Shown: one piece after another, positions 1 through 13,838 of the stretch
How positions within the stretch are numbered: the first letter of the stretch is position 1
Layout of the letters: every line of letters starts with the position of its first letter
Source of the DNA: Octopus sinensis
Lineage: Eukaryota
NCBI RefSeq assembly: GCF_006345805.1
Contig: NC_042998.1
Location: forward strand, 200,508,001-200,572,000
Direction: 5' to 3'
Length of the DNA: 64,000 bases
Translations under genes and position numbers: made by a program
Notes under the pieces: generated by a model
Database searches by the model: none
Seen by the model: the letters and a program-made list of their open reading frames with translations, nothing else
Told to the model about the DNA's origin: nothing

Positions 1-42
1 GAGAAAGTTAGAGAGAAATGGAGACAAAGAGATAGATAATAA

Positions 43-86
<44 letters not shown>

Positions 87-103
87 TTAGATAGATAGAT
101 AGA

Positions 104-172
<69 letters not shown>
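1..172. repeat. compound microsatellite (GATA)n-(GT)n-(GA)n
   Basis: directly visible tandem units. Confidence 0.95.
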
Positions 173-175
<3 letters not shown>

Positions 176-1760
176 TGTATGCTTGAAGGTCTGAAATAGT
201 AAGCTACATTTTTAGAAATGCGAATTACTACCTCGATACGACTGAGAAATCCAAGTAAAATCAAGAGATTCCAGCTAAAATATCTACCTGTACTCGTTCT
301 TACTTTTGTATACTGTAAAAACATATTTGTTTCTGCGTGTGTGTTTGTATATTATATAAAACATACAAGCAAATGCGTATACATACATATTCCAATGTGA
401 ATGTGTGTGTGATTGTGTGTGTGTGCGTAAATCCGCATGCTTACATTTATATATCTATAGACATATGAGGGTGTATACATAAATGTATCTGCGCGCAAAC
501 AAACAACATGAAGCCAAAGTCATTGAGTAAAGGCAAGGAAGGAATTTAATTATTCAAAGTAGAAATTATGTCTGAAGCATTTAATGAAATTTTAAATTAC
601 AAGAACTGTTTAAACTAGTTCCATTCCACTTCCTAACACATGAGAACAGATACAACACAAGCTATACATCCAACCTCTACTACACCAAACCCATCTCCTG
701 TATATACCGCTTCTTCATTCCACGCAGCTCTAATCTTTCACGTTGCCGTTCACAGGAATTCTTCAAATGTCGTATAAAATTTTATTATCTCCGTTACTAA
801 ATGCAACGCACTCTCGAACGACGAGTACAAACCGTCGGTCAACATTACATTCTGAGAATGGTTGAATGAACGGAGCCATGTAAAATCGTATTGGTAATAC
901 TTGCAGAAGAAATACGACGTTACAACATGTGTGTAATATAACTTTAATGAAGATGCAGTGCAGCAGACAATCAGGAAAACGTTCATTAGTAATTGACTTC
1001 ACTCTGCCACTAACGTCAGAGGAATTTAACCGATACTTTCCCCTTGGTGATCAAGTGCTGTGTTGTGTTACTAAACACATTACATTTTATAAGCGAAGTT
1101 GTTCGATGTCTTCTTTGGCTTATAAGTTTAAGTCATTGTGTTTACACTACGGCTTACTTTGCTCCGAGAAACCAGCAATGCAAATCTTCCAGTCATAAAT
1201 TCTCCATCTCTTTTTCAAACACTGGTTATCTGATATCATATTTTCAGATATGATATGCCATTCTTATTTTCAAAACTGTAGTATCTGGTTCCAGAAAATT
1301 AGACTGCTATTTCTAACAGCTCTATCCACCGAGCTTGCCTTTCACCATGTATGTTTGTTAGTATAAAATAATTTGGTTTCGAAATCACAACGTTCATTGG
1401 AGACACAACACGGTGTTAAAGGTCTTTCAGAAAGTTTTAAAATAGCACTATATATTACTATGTACAGCAACTTTATTAAATATTGTCAAAGCCAAACATT
1501 AAATTGACATTCGTAGAAATGAGCTTCGTTTCTAGATGCATCACCTCCAACATCAATAACCATTTCTAAATAGCATTTTGTTAATTATATCTACAACCTA
1601 GGCATATAAGATATTGCAAATGAACTTTAGTATCATTCTAAAAAGAATATTCTTCATTCTCAATTCAAATAAATATATATTTTAACCCATAGGCATGAAG
1701 CTAATAGCTGTAACATCAATAACTCATCTAATCTTAAACAAATTGTTGTTACTCTAGCTT

Positions 1761-2135
1761 GAGTGGATATGGTGGACGAAAACTGAAAGGATGTGTGTGT
1801 GTGTACATGAGACTAAGTGTCTGTGTGTGTGTGTGTGTCTGCGTATATGAGAGTGTTTGTCTGTGTGTGTGTGTCTGTGTATATGAGAGTGTTTGTCTGT
1901 GTGTATGTATCTGTGTGTTTGTGTCTATGTTGTTCCCCGCCCATTGTCTGACAACCAGTGTTGGTGATTTCCAGTCCCCGTGATTTATCGGTCCGGGGAA
2001 AGAGCCTGATACAATAAGTACCAGTCCTAGAAACGAAGTAAATACTGGGGTTAATTATTTCGACTAAAATCCGTCCAGGCGGTGCCCCAGCATGGCTGCG
2101 TTCTAATGTCTATAACAAGAAAAAAGATTAAAAGA
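1761..2135 (+). mobile_element. old 5'-truncated copy of SINE family A
   Basis: diverged match to family A body and tail (GGCGGTGCCCCAGCATGGCTGC) with internal (GT)n. Confidence 0.7.
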
Positions 2136-2177
2136 TAGGATGTGTGTGTATTTGCGTACAAATGAAAATTTTATACT

Positions 2178-2587
2178 CAGGAGTGGCTGTGTGGTAAGTA
2201 GCTCGCTAACCAACCACATGGTTCCGGGTTCAGTCCCACTGCGTGGCATCTTGGGCAAGTGTCTTCTGCTATAGACCCGGGTCGACCAATGCCTTGTGAG
2301 TGGATTTGGTAGACGGAAACTGAAAGAAACCTGTCGTATATATGTATATATATATATATATGTGTGTGTATGTATGTTTGTGTGTCTGTGTTTGTCCCCC
2401 TAGCATTACTTGACAAACGATGCTAGTGTGTTTACGTCCCCGTCACCTAGCGGTTCGGCAAAAGAGACCGATAAAATAAGTACTAGGCTTACAAAGAATA
2501 AGTCCCAGGGTCGAGTTGCTCGACTAAAGGCGGTGCTCCAGCATGGCCGCAGTCATATGACTGAAACAAGTAAAAGAGTAAAAGAGA
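2178..2587 (+). mobile_element. SINE family A (tRNA-derived head, CORE-like segment, internal TA/GT microsatellite, CR1-type tail), full length
   Basis: about ten copies in the window; head GGAGTGGCTGTGTGGTAAG...GGTTCAGTCCC, CORE-like GGCA(C/T)CTTGGGCAAGTG, tail GGCGGTGCTCCAGCATGGCCGCAGTCA..TGACTG-(AGTAAAAG)n; resembles the octopus OR-type CORE SINEs. Confidence 0.9.
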
Positions 2588-3378
2588 GTAATGCGTTATG
2601 GCAGACTTGAATGGCATCATAGCTCTTCACTTTTGTATTTTTAGTGGCAGACGAATTCTCCAATTCCAAGATAAATTTACAAAACATCCTCCCTACAGTG
2701 ATGAATTTTGGTCATTCAACCATTAGTGTTTCGTCACGTTTGTGCTCCATTACTTGGATCACCGCCCGGAAATTTAAATCTAGGCCACAAAACAATTCCT
2801 ATTATGCTAACGAGATAACAAAATATTTTCGGGTGCGTGATATATTCTCGATCTAAGTTCTTCCCAATGTTCATCTCAGGGAAATTTCCATCGACAATAT
2901 ACATAAAGTAAGAAAAAAGTAAAAAAGTTATGCTACGTAATGCACAGTATCCACTTTGAGGCTACGTCGTTTAAGTCAATGCCTTATATTTATTTCTGCT
3001 GTTCAAAATCAGAAAAAAATTAAACAAATAAACAATCATGTTAGATATTAATGATTGATCAATTACTTGTTTGACTGGAGGGGATCTTAAACGCTTGTTT
3101 TAAAGAGAAATATTTATTGAGAATTTTAGAAAGAGAAAATTTTAAAAAGAGCTGGATGCGGTCTCAATGGGGAAAAAAAAGCTAAGTAGAGGACACGCTC
3201 AAGATGTATATAATAAGTACTAGACACATATTGTTGTTGTTACTTTGTTAGCTTTTTCCACAAGAGTTTATGACAGTATGCGCAATCGGTTTTTTTGACT
3301 ATTTATTAAAATTTTATGTATTGATTAAGTCTTTCCTTGTTTGTTTTGCAAATAGTGGTTTTGTCTCTAATAATATTT

Positions 3379-3424
<46 letters not shown>

Positions 3425-3454
3425 ATTATATATATATATATTATATATATATAT

Positions 3455-3510
<56 letters not shown>

Positions 3511-4164
3511 GTGTGTGTGTGTGTGTTTAGAAAAACACACACATGCATGCACGCACATACACACAAATGCATAATATATCTATCTATATCTCTGTCTCTG
3601 TTACTTTGTGTGTGAGTGTCTGTGTGTTATGCAATGTATTTATGTCTGTATCTATATACGTACGTATAGTCCAATTAATAAAAAGCGAATTTTACTGTAG
3701 GGTAGCAAATGTTTATAACATCATGATTGGTTAATGTTTTCACGATTTATCGATGTGAAATTCTTAATCCACATATGTTTTGGCTCAAACGAAGTGAACT
3801 CATATAATTCAGAGACAATTAGGTACATATTGATGCACACAGGCTCTCCCATGTGCAAACAGAAGAACGTAAAAACACACAACTATCAGGTCTATGGTGT
3901 ATACGTGTATGTTTATTTTTTTCGTAAACGTCTGATTGACCGTGTATGTATGGTCACACATATGTACGCACACGCATACCTCACACTAATACATATACAT
4001 GCGTACACTCACACACACATACCTGCTTTAATCCCTACATGATTTTCTTCACTTTTTCTAGGCAATGTTTGAATACCCATTATGAGCATAATGCCGTCTT
4101 CACAGAAGTGCAACTCTAAATATAAAGATAATCTCCACACACACGCACACACACTCACACACAC

Positions 4165-4750
4165 TCACACATACGTATATACTTGTATACACAGGTAACG
4201 AATATCATTATAGATATACGATTCTAATTAAGACAGATACCCAATGTTATGAAGACAGGAGTGGCTGTGTGGTAAATAGCTTGCTTACCAACCACATGTT
4301 TCCGGTTCATTCCCACTGCGTGCCACTTTGGGCAAGCGTCTTCTACTATAGCCTCGGACCGACCAAAGACTTGTGAGTAGATTTGGTCGACGGAAACTGA
4401 AAGAAGCCCGTCGTATATATGTATACACTCACACACACGTATATATTTGTATACACAGGTAACGAATATCATTATCGAATACGATTCTAATTAAGACAGA
4501 TAGTCAGTGTTATGAAGACAGGAGTGGCTGCGTGGTAAGTAACTTGCTTACCAACCACATGGTTCCGGGTTCATTCCTACTGCGTGCCACTTTGGGCGAG
4601 TGTCTTCTACTATAGCCTTAGACCGACCAAAGACTTGTGAGTAGATTTGGTAGACGGAAACTGAAAGAAGATCGTTGTATATATGTATACACTCACACAC
4701 ACGTATATATTTGCATATACAGGTAACGAATATCATTATCTATATACGTT
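4165..4750 (+). repeat. 264-bp tandem duplication (~2.2 units), each unit containing the 5' half of SINE A
   Basis: ACAGGTAACGAATATCATTA recurs at 4191, 4455 and 4719. Confidence 0.9.
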
Positions 4751-5099
4751 TCCAATCAACCATTACAATTTATTCTATTAACTGTTCCTAGGTACATCGC
4801 TATATTTCTAACATGAGCGACTTTTCATATTAACATATTTCTTGTATTCCAACTCAATTTAATTTTGTGTGGATATTGTACATTCTTTCTCTCTCCCCCC
4901 TCTCTCTCTTTCTCTCTCTCTTCTCTCCCTCTCTCTCTTTCTCTCTATCTCTCTCTTGCTCCTTGTTATATAATCATACAAGAACACATACACACATAAA
5001 TATAGACATATACATATACTTATACAGAGACAGCCATTGTCCAATTATTTCATGACATTTATAAGGAAAGGACTGAATTGGATTAAGGTAAACGGAACT

Positions 5100-5620
5100 A
5101 AAAATATTACAGTTATTTTTAAACAAATATCGAAGAATCTGAAATCAAAAACCATCTGAGACATGAGACACCCGCATTGTCACAAAGTAACAATCATTTG
5201 AAAAGAAAGATAAAAGGAAAAATATTGCAGATAAATGAATATTTTTGATTTCAAAAGATAGATTTTTTGAAGACTTGATAATATGTAAAACTTGATAATA
5301 TGGAAGCTATGCGCAGCAAATCGAAAATATCTGACGAAATTACACAAAACTACAAGCGGTGGTATGAAACAATCGAGTGAGAACCATAAAATTTTAGGAA
5401 TATTTGAGAAATTTATAGAAAAGGAATAACAGAAATACACAGGACATCCTAAATATGAAGCTGAATCTTTACAAGGAATACATAACCTAAGCAAAATATA
5501 TTTATTCTCGTAGTGAAAGGAGCTGAAACGACCAGCATTATAATCTCGATGATTATAGAAGCAGCGAATCATAAAGTTTACACACACATTAGATGACTTA
5601 TTCGCTTGCAAAATTTAATG
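5100..5620 (+). mobile_element. highly decayed Dong/R4-like LINE RT fragment
   Basis: frameshifted remnants read KLCAANR (cf. DDLKLYA), KILGIFE (cf. YKYLGI) and ILNMKLN in the expected order. Confidence 0.45.
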
Positions 5621-6039
5621 ATATCAATATTGCAGATTACAAAATTCAAAAACAACTAATAAGGTCTCTAGTAGATTGAAGAGTATAGTGCAAAATCTTT
5701 TATTCATGTAAACGAAAAAGTTAGTGCTCAACAAAGGAGATGAGGGGAAGATATAGATGGTTTTTATCATATCATGATTCGTTTACAATTAAGCTTTGGC
5801 AATTCCTCACACATACTTCACGGAGGAAACAATTCCACGATAGCAATGCTGTTTTCTTAACTCCAACGTAAGAAAGAACACGTCTTTATGCTGGAGCGTT
5901 TAAGGTATTTATGCATTGCAGGAATTGATGGCATAAAGTTATACCCACACAAAAGCAATTGTATGAAGTGACATCAAGAAACGTGGATGAAATTTAAAAT
6001 GCTTAATACAGAAGCGAATTAAGAAACAAAACATTGACT

Positions 6040-6234
6040 GAAACGTTAACAAGCTGGGGAAAAGGTTCATCGGCATTTTGTACGTCATTATTTTCTGAGT
6101 TCAAATTCCGCTGAGGTTTACTTTGCTTTCATCATTTCAGAGTCGATAAAGTAGGTATCAGTCGAGAAGCGCAGTTGATCTAATCAAATTAAACCCTTCC
6201 TCGTAATTGTTGGCCTTGTGCCAACATTTGAAAC

Positions 6235-6236
<2 letters not shown>
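6040..6236 (+). mobile_element. old copy of SINE family B followed by (ATT)n
   Basis: GAGTTCAAATTCCGCTGAGG...TTTGCTTTCATCATTTC..AGTCGATAAA matches family B. Confidence 0.75.
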
Positions 6237-6288
<52 letters not shown>

Positions 6289-6504
6289 TACTACTACTAC
6301 TACTACAATTATGATAGTGTGTGTTAATTTACTTAGCAGATATTTTATCTTGAGGTTTGGCGACAAAATTGCTTTTACAAATATCAAGACATACCTACAT
6401 GCATACATACATACATACATACATAAATACATAAGTATGTGTGTATACATATCTATATAATTATTATATATATATATATATACATACACATATATGTATA
6501 TATA

Positions 6505-6557
<53 letters not shown>

Positions 6558-6563
6558 CCATTT

Positions 6564-6610
<47 letters not shown>

Positions 6611-6736
6611 GTTTAAATATTTGTGTGCAAGATTTATGTGAAGTCGTATGTTGAAACAGATATTGTTATATTTTGTATAGAAAATGGCTGACGGTTAGTA
6701 AGGAGAGACACAAATAAGAAAGAAGAAAACAAAGGA

Positions 6737-6776
6737 CCACTGATGTGGTCACAGGAGTGTGACGAAAGAACTCTGG
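6737..6776 (+). ncRNA. degenerate type-I hammerhead ribozyme motif
   Basis: CCA-CTGATGT-G-GTCAC(aggagt)GTGAC-GAAA-G(aa)C-TC-TGG: all three stems pair; core A9 changed to T. Confidence 0.5.
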
Positions 6777-6888
6777 CATAAATAAGATTAAGATTAATGT
6801 AAAAAATAATAACAATGAAGCAAATAACACCAATATATAGTGCCTGTGTTTTTTTTGGCTAAACTGGCAATATGACCTTCCGAAATAT

Positions 6889-6921
<33 letters not shown>

Positions 6922-6941
6922 ACAATATATATATATATTAT

Positions 6942-6976
<35 letters not shown>

Positions 6977-7513
6977 TAACCATCCATACATACATATATA
7001 TGTGTTAGTGTGTGTGTGTGTGTGAAAGAGAGAGCGAGAGGCATAGAGAAAGAGAGAGTGTAAGAGACTTTTGGCTGGAGAAACTTTGATGCACCAAGCC
7101 AATCCAATTCTTAGGAAATTCTATTTAGTCGAAGATTTCATTTTTCTGTTGTTCTATCTCTTTCGCTGTGTGGAGCTTAAATCTAGAAAGAGCCGAAACA
7201 CGTAACAATATGATTGGGAATATTTTGTAAAACCCCATATATATGCTTCCGTTTAGCATGTATGGCTATAAAATGTTTGGTGAAGTATATTAAAAGATAT
7301 TGCATTGGGAATACTGGTGAAGAGCGAGAGAGAGAGAGAGAGAGACAGAGAGAGAGGGAGCTTCCAATCCATATATAAGGAAACAATCTGCCGGGAAAAG
7401 CAATATCGCGTTAGGTTTCGCGGTGAAATTGCGCAATGTATAAATTATGTTTCACTTTTAAAGTGGAATTGGATGAAATTTGAAGCTAAATTGAACTATG
7501 TATGCCTATGCTA

Positions 7514-7545
<32 letters not shown>

Positions 7546-7615
7546 TGCGTGCGTGTATGTGTATATATGTATAAATGTATAGTATATGAAGGCATGTATG
7601 TGTATATGCGTGATG

Positions 7616-7658
<43 letters not shown>

Positions 7659-7749
7659 CTATATGTATGTAAATATATGTGTATATATATATATAATATA
7701 TATATATATATATAGATAATATATGTATGTATATATATATATATATATG

Positions 7750-7792
<43 letters not shown>

Positions 7793-7900
7793 TACATACA
7801 TATATGCATATGCATTCATACATACATAGGTATATATATAAACACATGTGTGTGTGCGTATATATATCTATTATCTATCTATGTGTCTGCCTATCTGTCT

Positions 7901-7955
<55 letters not shown>

Positions 7956-8694
7956 ATATTGTGTGTGTGTGTGTGTGTACCTATATATATATACATACGG
8001 ACATATATACGCAAGCGTGTATGCAGATGTGTGTGAGGTATATAGAGCATAAAATATTCAAGGTAAGTTTAGAAATAACAACGCAGGGAACCGACATAAG
8101 TAAATAAAGGAAGAACTCGATAAAAATGCCATTAACAATTATTGCCGTGCACCGCATTATTACATTTTGAATTCTTTCGATGAAATGGGCTTTATGTGTT
8201 TGTATATATAATCTAATACACACACATGTTCACATACGATACATAAGTGTGTGTGTGTGTGTGTGTGTGTGTTTGCATGTGTGCATATGCGTGAGTGGTT
8301 ATATATATATATATATATATATAAACGCATAAAGTCATCATATGAGATCCAAAGATGCTTACTATATATATATCTGTATATGCATATATATATGTGTGTG
8401 TGTGTGAGTGTGTGTGTGTGTTTGTGTAAATATACACCTAGATATAGTGTGACCGACAGACAACCAGACACACTGATAGATAGATATGTAGATGGATAGG
8501 TAGATAGATACTTAGATAATAAAATTTGTATAAAAACTTATTACGTCCTGCCAATGGGAAATTTAATATTTTGATATAGAATAATAAAAATTACATATTT
8601 TTGTCTTTGCCTATTTATTTATCCACATTCACACATGCGTTTTGTGCGTGCCTATAAAACGGACAGAAAAAAATCATCACCAAGATAAATGACA

Positions 8695-8763
8695 GTAAGA
8701 GCAAAAGAAGAAGAAGAAAAAGAAGAAGGAGAAGAAGAAGAAGAAGAAGAAGAAGAAGAGAAG

Positions 8764-8799
<36 letters not shown>

Positions 8800-8835
8800 G
8801 CAAGAACAACAACAACAATAATACCAACAATAATA
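8695..8835. repeat. (GAA)n-(CAA)n microsatellite
   Basis: direct. Confidence 0.95.
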
Positions 8836-8839
8836 TTAA

Positions 8840-9335
8840 TGATTAAATTACGACGTGTGAACTATAGCAAGCAGTGCCCATATATAACCAATACTTATGA
8901 AAACTGAAAAGACTGGAAACAGATGAATCGAATTCACAAAAATGGTTAAGAACTGCAGGATTCGAAGCAGAGACTGAAGAAATCTTTAGAGCGCCACTGT
9001 ACCAATTCCCACCCGCCAGCTTCCAATAACGAATCAGAATACACAATGTAAGAATAGGATATGAGAAGATGTGTAAGACACGAGTAACCTAATTTATTAG
9101 TAGGTAACTTGTTTTAGCCAAGTCTGCATCTATGACAATATTTTAAGACATTGGAGAAATGGCAATATTATAAAATACCAAAGAGAGTTTTGATGTTGCA
9201 GATGTACGTCAGAAATGTTCTCGGACAATGTGAAAGCAATTATGACCTTGGTTAAGCCAATACACAAGTGGATAATAGCCGACAAGATATTCTTGCCAAC
9301 TTTCTGACTGGAAGCAGTTTCAAAAGATGATAACG
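8840..9335 (+). mobile_element. decayed Dong/R4 LINE 3' region
   Basis: reads SQKWLRTAGFEAETEEIFRA (cf. WLR..GLK.ETEG.I.AAQ upstream of the CCHC finger), followed by frameshifted RLE-domain remnants. Confidence 0.65.
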
Positions 9336-9967
9336 TTTCTCTACAATAGAATGAGAAATTATCTAAATATATAAATCTGCAAACGAAGATAACCCTAAAA
9401 CGAATCCAGATAACAAAAAAAAAAAAACAGTAAGAAAAAAAAAACCAATGTCTATAAAATAGGTGTTTAAGAATGACGAAAACAAGTAGAATTACGCACA
9501 AGCACACAAACGTTTTACAACAGTGCATAACATAGAGGAACTAGCACTAGTAGTTACTAAACCTATTACGTAGGTTACTTCCACTATAGAAATAACACAA
9601 ATACCAAGCAATAATAACGGACAGTAACATTGCATTAATTATGCGATCAGTTTATTTGTCGTATAAAACTGCCTCAATTATTTAACTTTGTACATGCAGT
9701 GCGTACAATACACAGGATATGTTCGTCAGTTTTATGTTTCTGAAGACATTTACATATGTTTGTGTGTATGCGTGTGTACGTATCTGTGCGTCTGCATATG
9801 CACATTTTTACATACACACACAACTGCACGCACAAACAAGCAATGTTTTATTATTTATTTAGAGACAGAGAGATATTAGCAACTATATTCTCTCTCGCTA
9901 AATGTGTATATATATATATATATTGTATATAAGTATGTATATATATATATTATATATATATATATAT

Positions 9968-10007
<40 letters not shown>

Positions 10008-10662
10008 GAAAATGTTTTATGGTTATTACGCACATGTAAATATATAATACATTGCTTTAATAACATCTTAGCTAGCTATACACTCTCTTGACTATCCTGT
10101 CTCAAGTTGTTGACAGCACGTTAAAACATATTTACTGTTAGGAATCCATAAAACCACATTCTCTATTAAATGACATTCAAGTTATTTTATCAAAAATGAG
10201 ATTTACTCGCAGCATAATGCATAATTCTGTCTATAATGTGTTTTATAATTTCCATTCTATTCACAAAGCATTTTGTCCTAGCATTTCCTTTTCTTTCTCT
10301 CTGATATATACTCTCTTCATCTTTCCAGAGTTTTCTGAAATTTTCCTATATATCTCTTCCGTATGTCTAATATTTACCCTCTATCTCTTTTTTTCTCTTC
10401 TACCCCACGCCAATCTCACGTTTTTACTCCCTCACTCTTTCTCCATCTTGCCTTCCCTCTCTCTCTCTCCTTATTTAATTTCATTTTCATGTGTATGTAT
10501 GGAGAGAGTGGGTGAGAGGGAGGTAACGACAGAAAGAAATATCCACGTAAAACAATTTACAGATGTATATAATGTAATATCGCATGTTATATACACGCAC
10601 ACATACATCATCATATATATACATACGCATACCCACATACATAGATATTTATATCTATATGC

Positions 10663-10709
<47 letters not shown>

Positions 10710-10829
10710 AAGGTAATCCAAATAATATATATATATATAAAGTTAATCCAGCAATATATATATATATATAAAGTTAATCCAAACAATTATATATATATAT
10801 ATATATAATATATGAATTTCTTTGTTTGA

Positions 10830-11240
10830 GATTTGTGCATTTCCATTTACTACCTCAATTACTATTATGTCGATACATAGACAATCCTATTCATTAGCTG
10901 AACTACATAATTCCAATTCGTACAATATCACTAACACTCACTGTAACTTTATTAGTTTGCTCATTTCAATACTGTGATCATGTTCTCTTTTGTATTTGAG
11001 TTCATCTTTGCAATGATTCTCAACTTCTAGAGATACTGAAATTTTCTTTCCTCATATTGAACTAAATAATTCATTTTCTCATTTCGTTTATATTGGCAAA
11101 ACTTGTACAGACATGTCCAGGCTTTCACTATCAATTTGGGATTATGGTGAGATATAATTAATTTGAGTAAACCATCTTGTTTCCTAGTGTTAGCTAATTA
11201 CAATTATTGGATAAATATTGAAATTATATGCCTGCGATCG
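10830..11240 (-). mobile_element. possible decayed LINE (Dong-like) RT fragment
   Basis: purine-rich minus strand with weak remnants (FQYL, MNSNTKENMITV..VSVSDI). Confidence 0.3.
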
Positions 11241-11360
11241 TCTCTAAGCAATGCTAATTAACAATGTTCAGTGAAGTTATTTTTGTACAATATTGTATTT
11301 ATGCTACATATATTATGATCCACATCCGTACTATTTTACAGCGAAGACAAACCTGGTTGT

Positions 11361-11760
11361 GAGTGGCTGTGTGGTAAGTAGGTTGTTTACCAGCCACAAG
11401 GTTCCGGGTTCAGTCCCACTGTGTGGCACCTTGGGCAAGTGTCTTCTACTATAGCCTCGGGCCGACCAAAGTCTTGTGGGTGGATTTGGTAGACAGAAAC
11501 TGAAAGAAGCCCGTCGTATATATGTATATATATATGCGTGTGTGTGTTTGTGCGTCTGTATTTATCCCCCTAGCATTGCTTGGCAACCGATGCTGGTGTG
11601 TTTATGTCCCTGTTACTTAGCGGTTCGGCAAAAGAGACCGATAAAATAAGTACTGGGCTTACAAAAAGTATAAGTCCCGGGGTCGAATTGCTCGATTAAA
11701 GGCGGTGCTCCAGCAGGGCCGCAGTTAAATGACTGAAACAAGTAAAAGAGTAAAATAGAG
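11361..11760 (+). mobile_element. SINE family A, full length
   Basis: colinear with the 2178-2587 copy. Confidence 0.9.
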
Positions 11761-12264
11761 ATATGTGTGTATGTATTTATGTATTTATCTGTGTGTATGT
11801 TCGTATATGTCTGGCGAGTACATAGGTATATTAGTGCCCACATATGTGTCAATACTGCATCGCTTTACGTTATTGCTCAGAATTTCGAGTACGGTTATGT
11901 TCAAAATCGTGCTGACATTCGATTTGTGTGGGAGGTCACTGTTTCTCTATCTTTGACTCTGAGATGGAATACCGCACCCTCTTACTGTGTTCGCAAACTC
12001 AGATACTTTTTATCTTTCTTAGCATTTATCTTTGTTCAACGTTTTATATTGTTGGGTTTTTAGCCAAATACAACTTGCACAATCTCGAACCATTAATGCG
12101 TAATGGAAAAATCAGTGTTAGGATACTCGCACCAAAGTTTACTTTATCTAACATATTTGCAAAAATAATTGTTTACATTGCATCATTGTTTCATACATAG
12201 CCTGTGTTAGCTCAATCAACTCTCAAATGAGTTCCGTATCATTTTCAAATTTTGACACATTGTC

Positions 12265-12440
12265 AGCAATGTTAGGGAAAGGGGTATGTCGATTACATCG
12301 ACCCTAGTATTCAACTACTATTTATTGTACAGACCCCGAAAGGATAAAAGGCAATGTCCATCTCAGCGGAATTTTAACACAGAACGTGAAGACGGATAAA
12401 ATGCCACTAAGCATTTTGCCCGGTTTGCTACATTCTACCT
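12265..12440 (-). mobile_element. old SINE family B
   Basis: reverse complement of the family B head and body (GACCCCGAAAGGATAAAAGGCAA...GCGGAATTT). Confidence 0.75.
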
Positions 12441-13658
12441 TCTTGCTATTTTAATAAATTATTTGCAACCATCATGAGACAGGGAATACGAACCAAGCAG
12501 TAGCTACCCAAATGGGTGTCATTGTATATAAAGTCTACTGTTGTTCACTCCACTCAAAGCAGAAGCCAATACATGACACCGTTGATCATTACTCAAAGCA
12601 ACACTATTTAATATTTCGAAAATTACAAATGTTTTGAAGGAATCTGTAGTTCTGCAACAAATTTTATATCTAATAAATATTAGGGAATAACTGGTTAGGT
12701 ACTGTTACTGTTCAATATATATAAATCTTCTTGTTGGCTTCATGGACATTTTACTTGATCCCTTTGGTTGATTGACCACATTTTCATATATTCTAATAAT
12801 AGTGAGAGTTATTTTTATGGTTGGTGAATTAAAACTTGGGCTTTGATGTGGCTACGGGCGTGCATCTGTATGTTTTTGTCTTCTGAAATTTTGTCAAGAA
12901 AAGAAGGATAACATATGTATTTAACCAGATGAAAGTTGAATGTTGGAACAGCTTTTAGCGATTAACTCGCACATATAAATTAAATAGAAACTTACGTTCG
13001 GTTAATCTTTGTATTCAGCAGTTGGTTAAAATGAAAGATTTGAAGATTCTTGTGATTTTCATTCTATTTACAGTGTTGGCATTACATCCTCTTCAGATCT
13101 CAGAAACCATTTGTCTTCGATTATTTATTATACAGACTGTGTAACTCAATGATCTAGTGTCAACTTTGCCTGTCATCATTTCGGGGTCTATAAGATAAGT
13201 AGCAGTTGAGTAATGGGATCAATGTAATCGACTTGTCCCTCAAAATTGCTGTCTCTGTGTCAAACTTTAAAAACCATAATCTAGCGTGCTTAGTTTTCGA
13301 ACACGTCTTGTAGTATGGTGTCTACTTTGATATAAAATGCTAATTTTATTTGCAATGTAATTTACGTAAATGTTGGTGTGTATTGCAAATTATCTTTGCT
13401 TTTAGGGTGCATTGCAAGAGTTCTGATTGACTATGCATTTTCATTGGCTCTGGTGTTTTGACCGCATTGTTTTTCGCATAGTGAGATTTCTAAAAAAAGG
13501 TTTTATGTTGTCGCGAAGAAGTAATTTAATGCTTTACTCACGTCATAAAAATCTTACTGAATGTGTTTATCATATTAGCCCACCAGATTCTATTATAGTT
13601 TGAAGATAGTATGTGATACCCTATACCAGACACGTGTATTTATAATAAATAATAATAA

Positions 13659-13695
<37 letters not shown>

Positions 13696-13700
13696 AATGA

Positions 13701-13740
<40 letters not shown>

Positions 13741-13807
13741 AATATATGGCTTGTGTTAGTAATACCAGCGATTATAATTATTTTTATTTTATCGCAATTG
13801 ATTTGTT

Positions 13808-13838
<31 letters not shown>

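Noticed and set aside
620-1260. Non-repetitive stretch with several overlapping 70-90 aa ORFs
   Set aside because: There are no convincing splice pairs or recognisable domain; it may be an old LINE remnant.
2645-2907. Exon-like segment with strong acceptor and GTAAGA donor
   Set aside because: There are stops in all three frames; KHPPYS and RKFKS remnants suggest a decayed mariner.
3380-3510. Phase flips inside (TA)n arrays (…ATATTATAT…), seen in many arrays
   Set aside because: They may reflect slippage or assembly/gap-closure artefacts and are not interpretable as a biological code.
3270-8499. Many ORFs rich in YI/CV/HT/poly-I, L, N or D (also throughout the window)
   Set aside because: They are translations of (TA)n, (GT)n and trinucleotide microsatellites, open only because the repeats lack stops.
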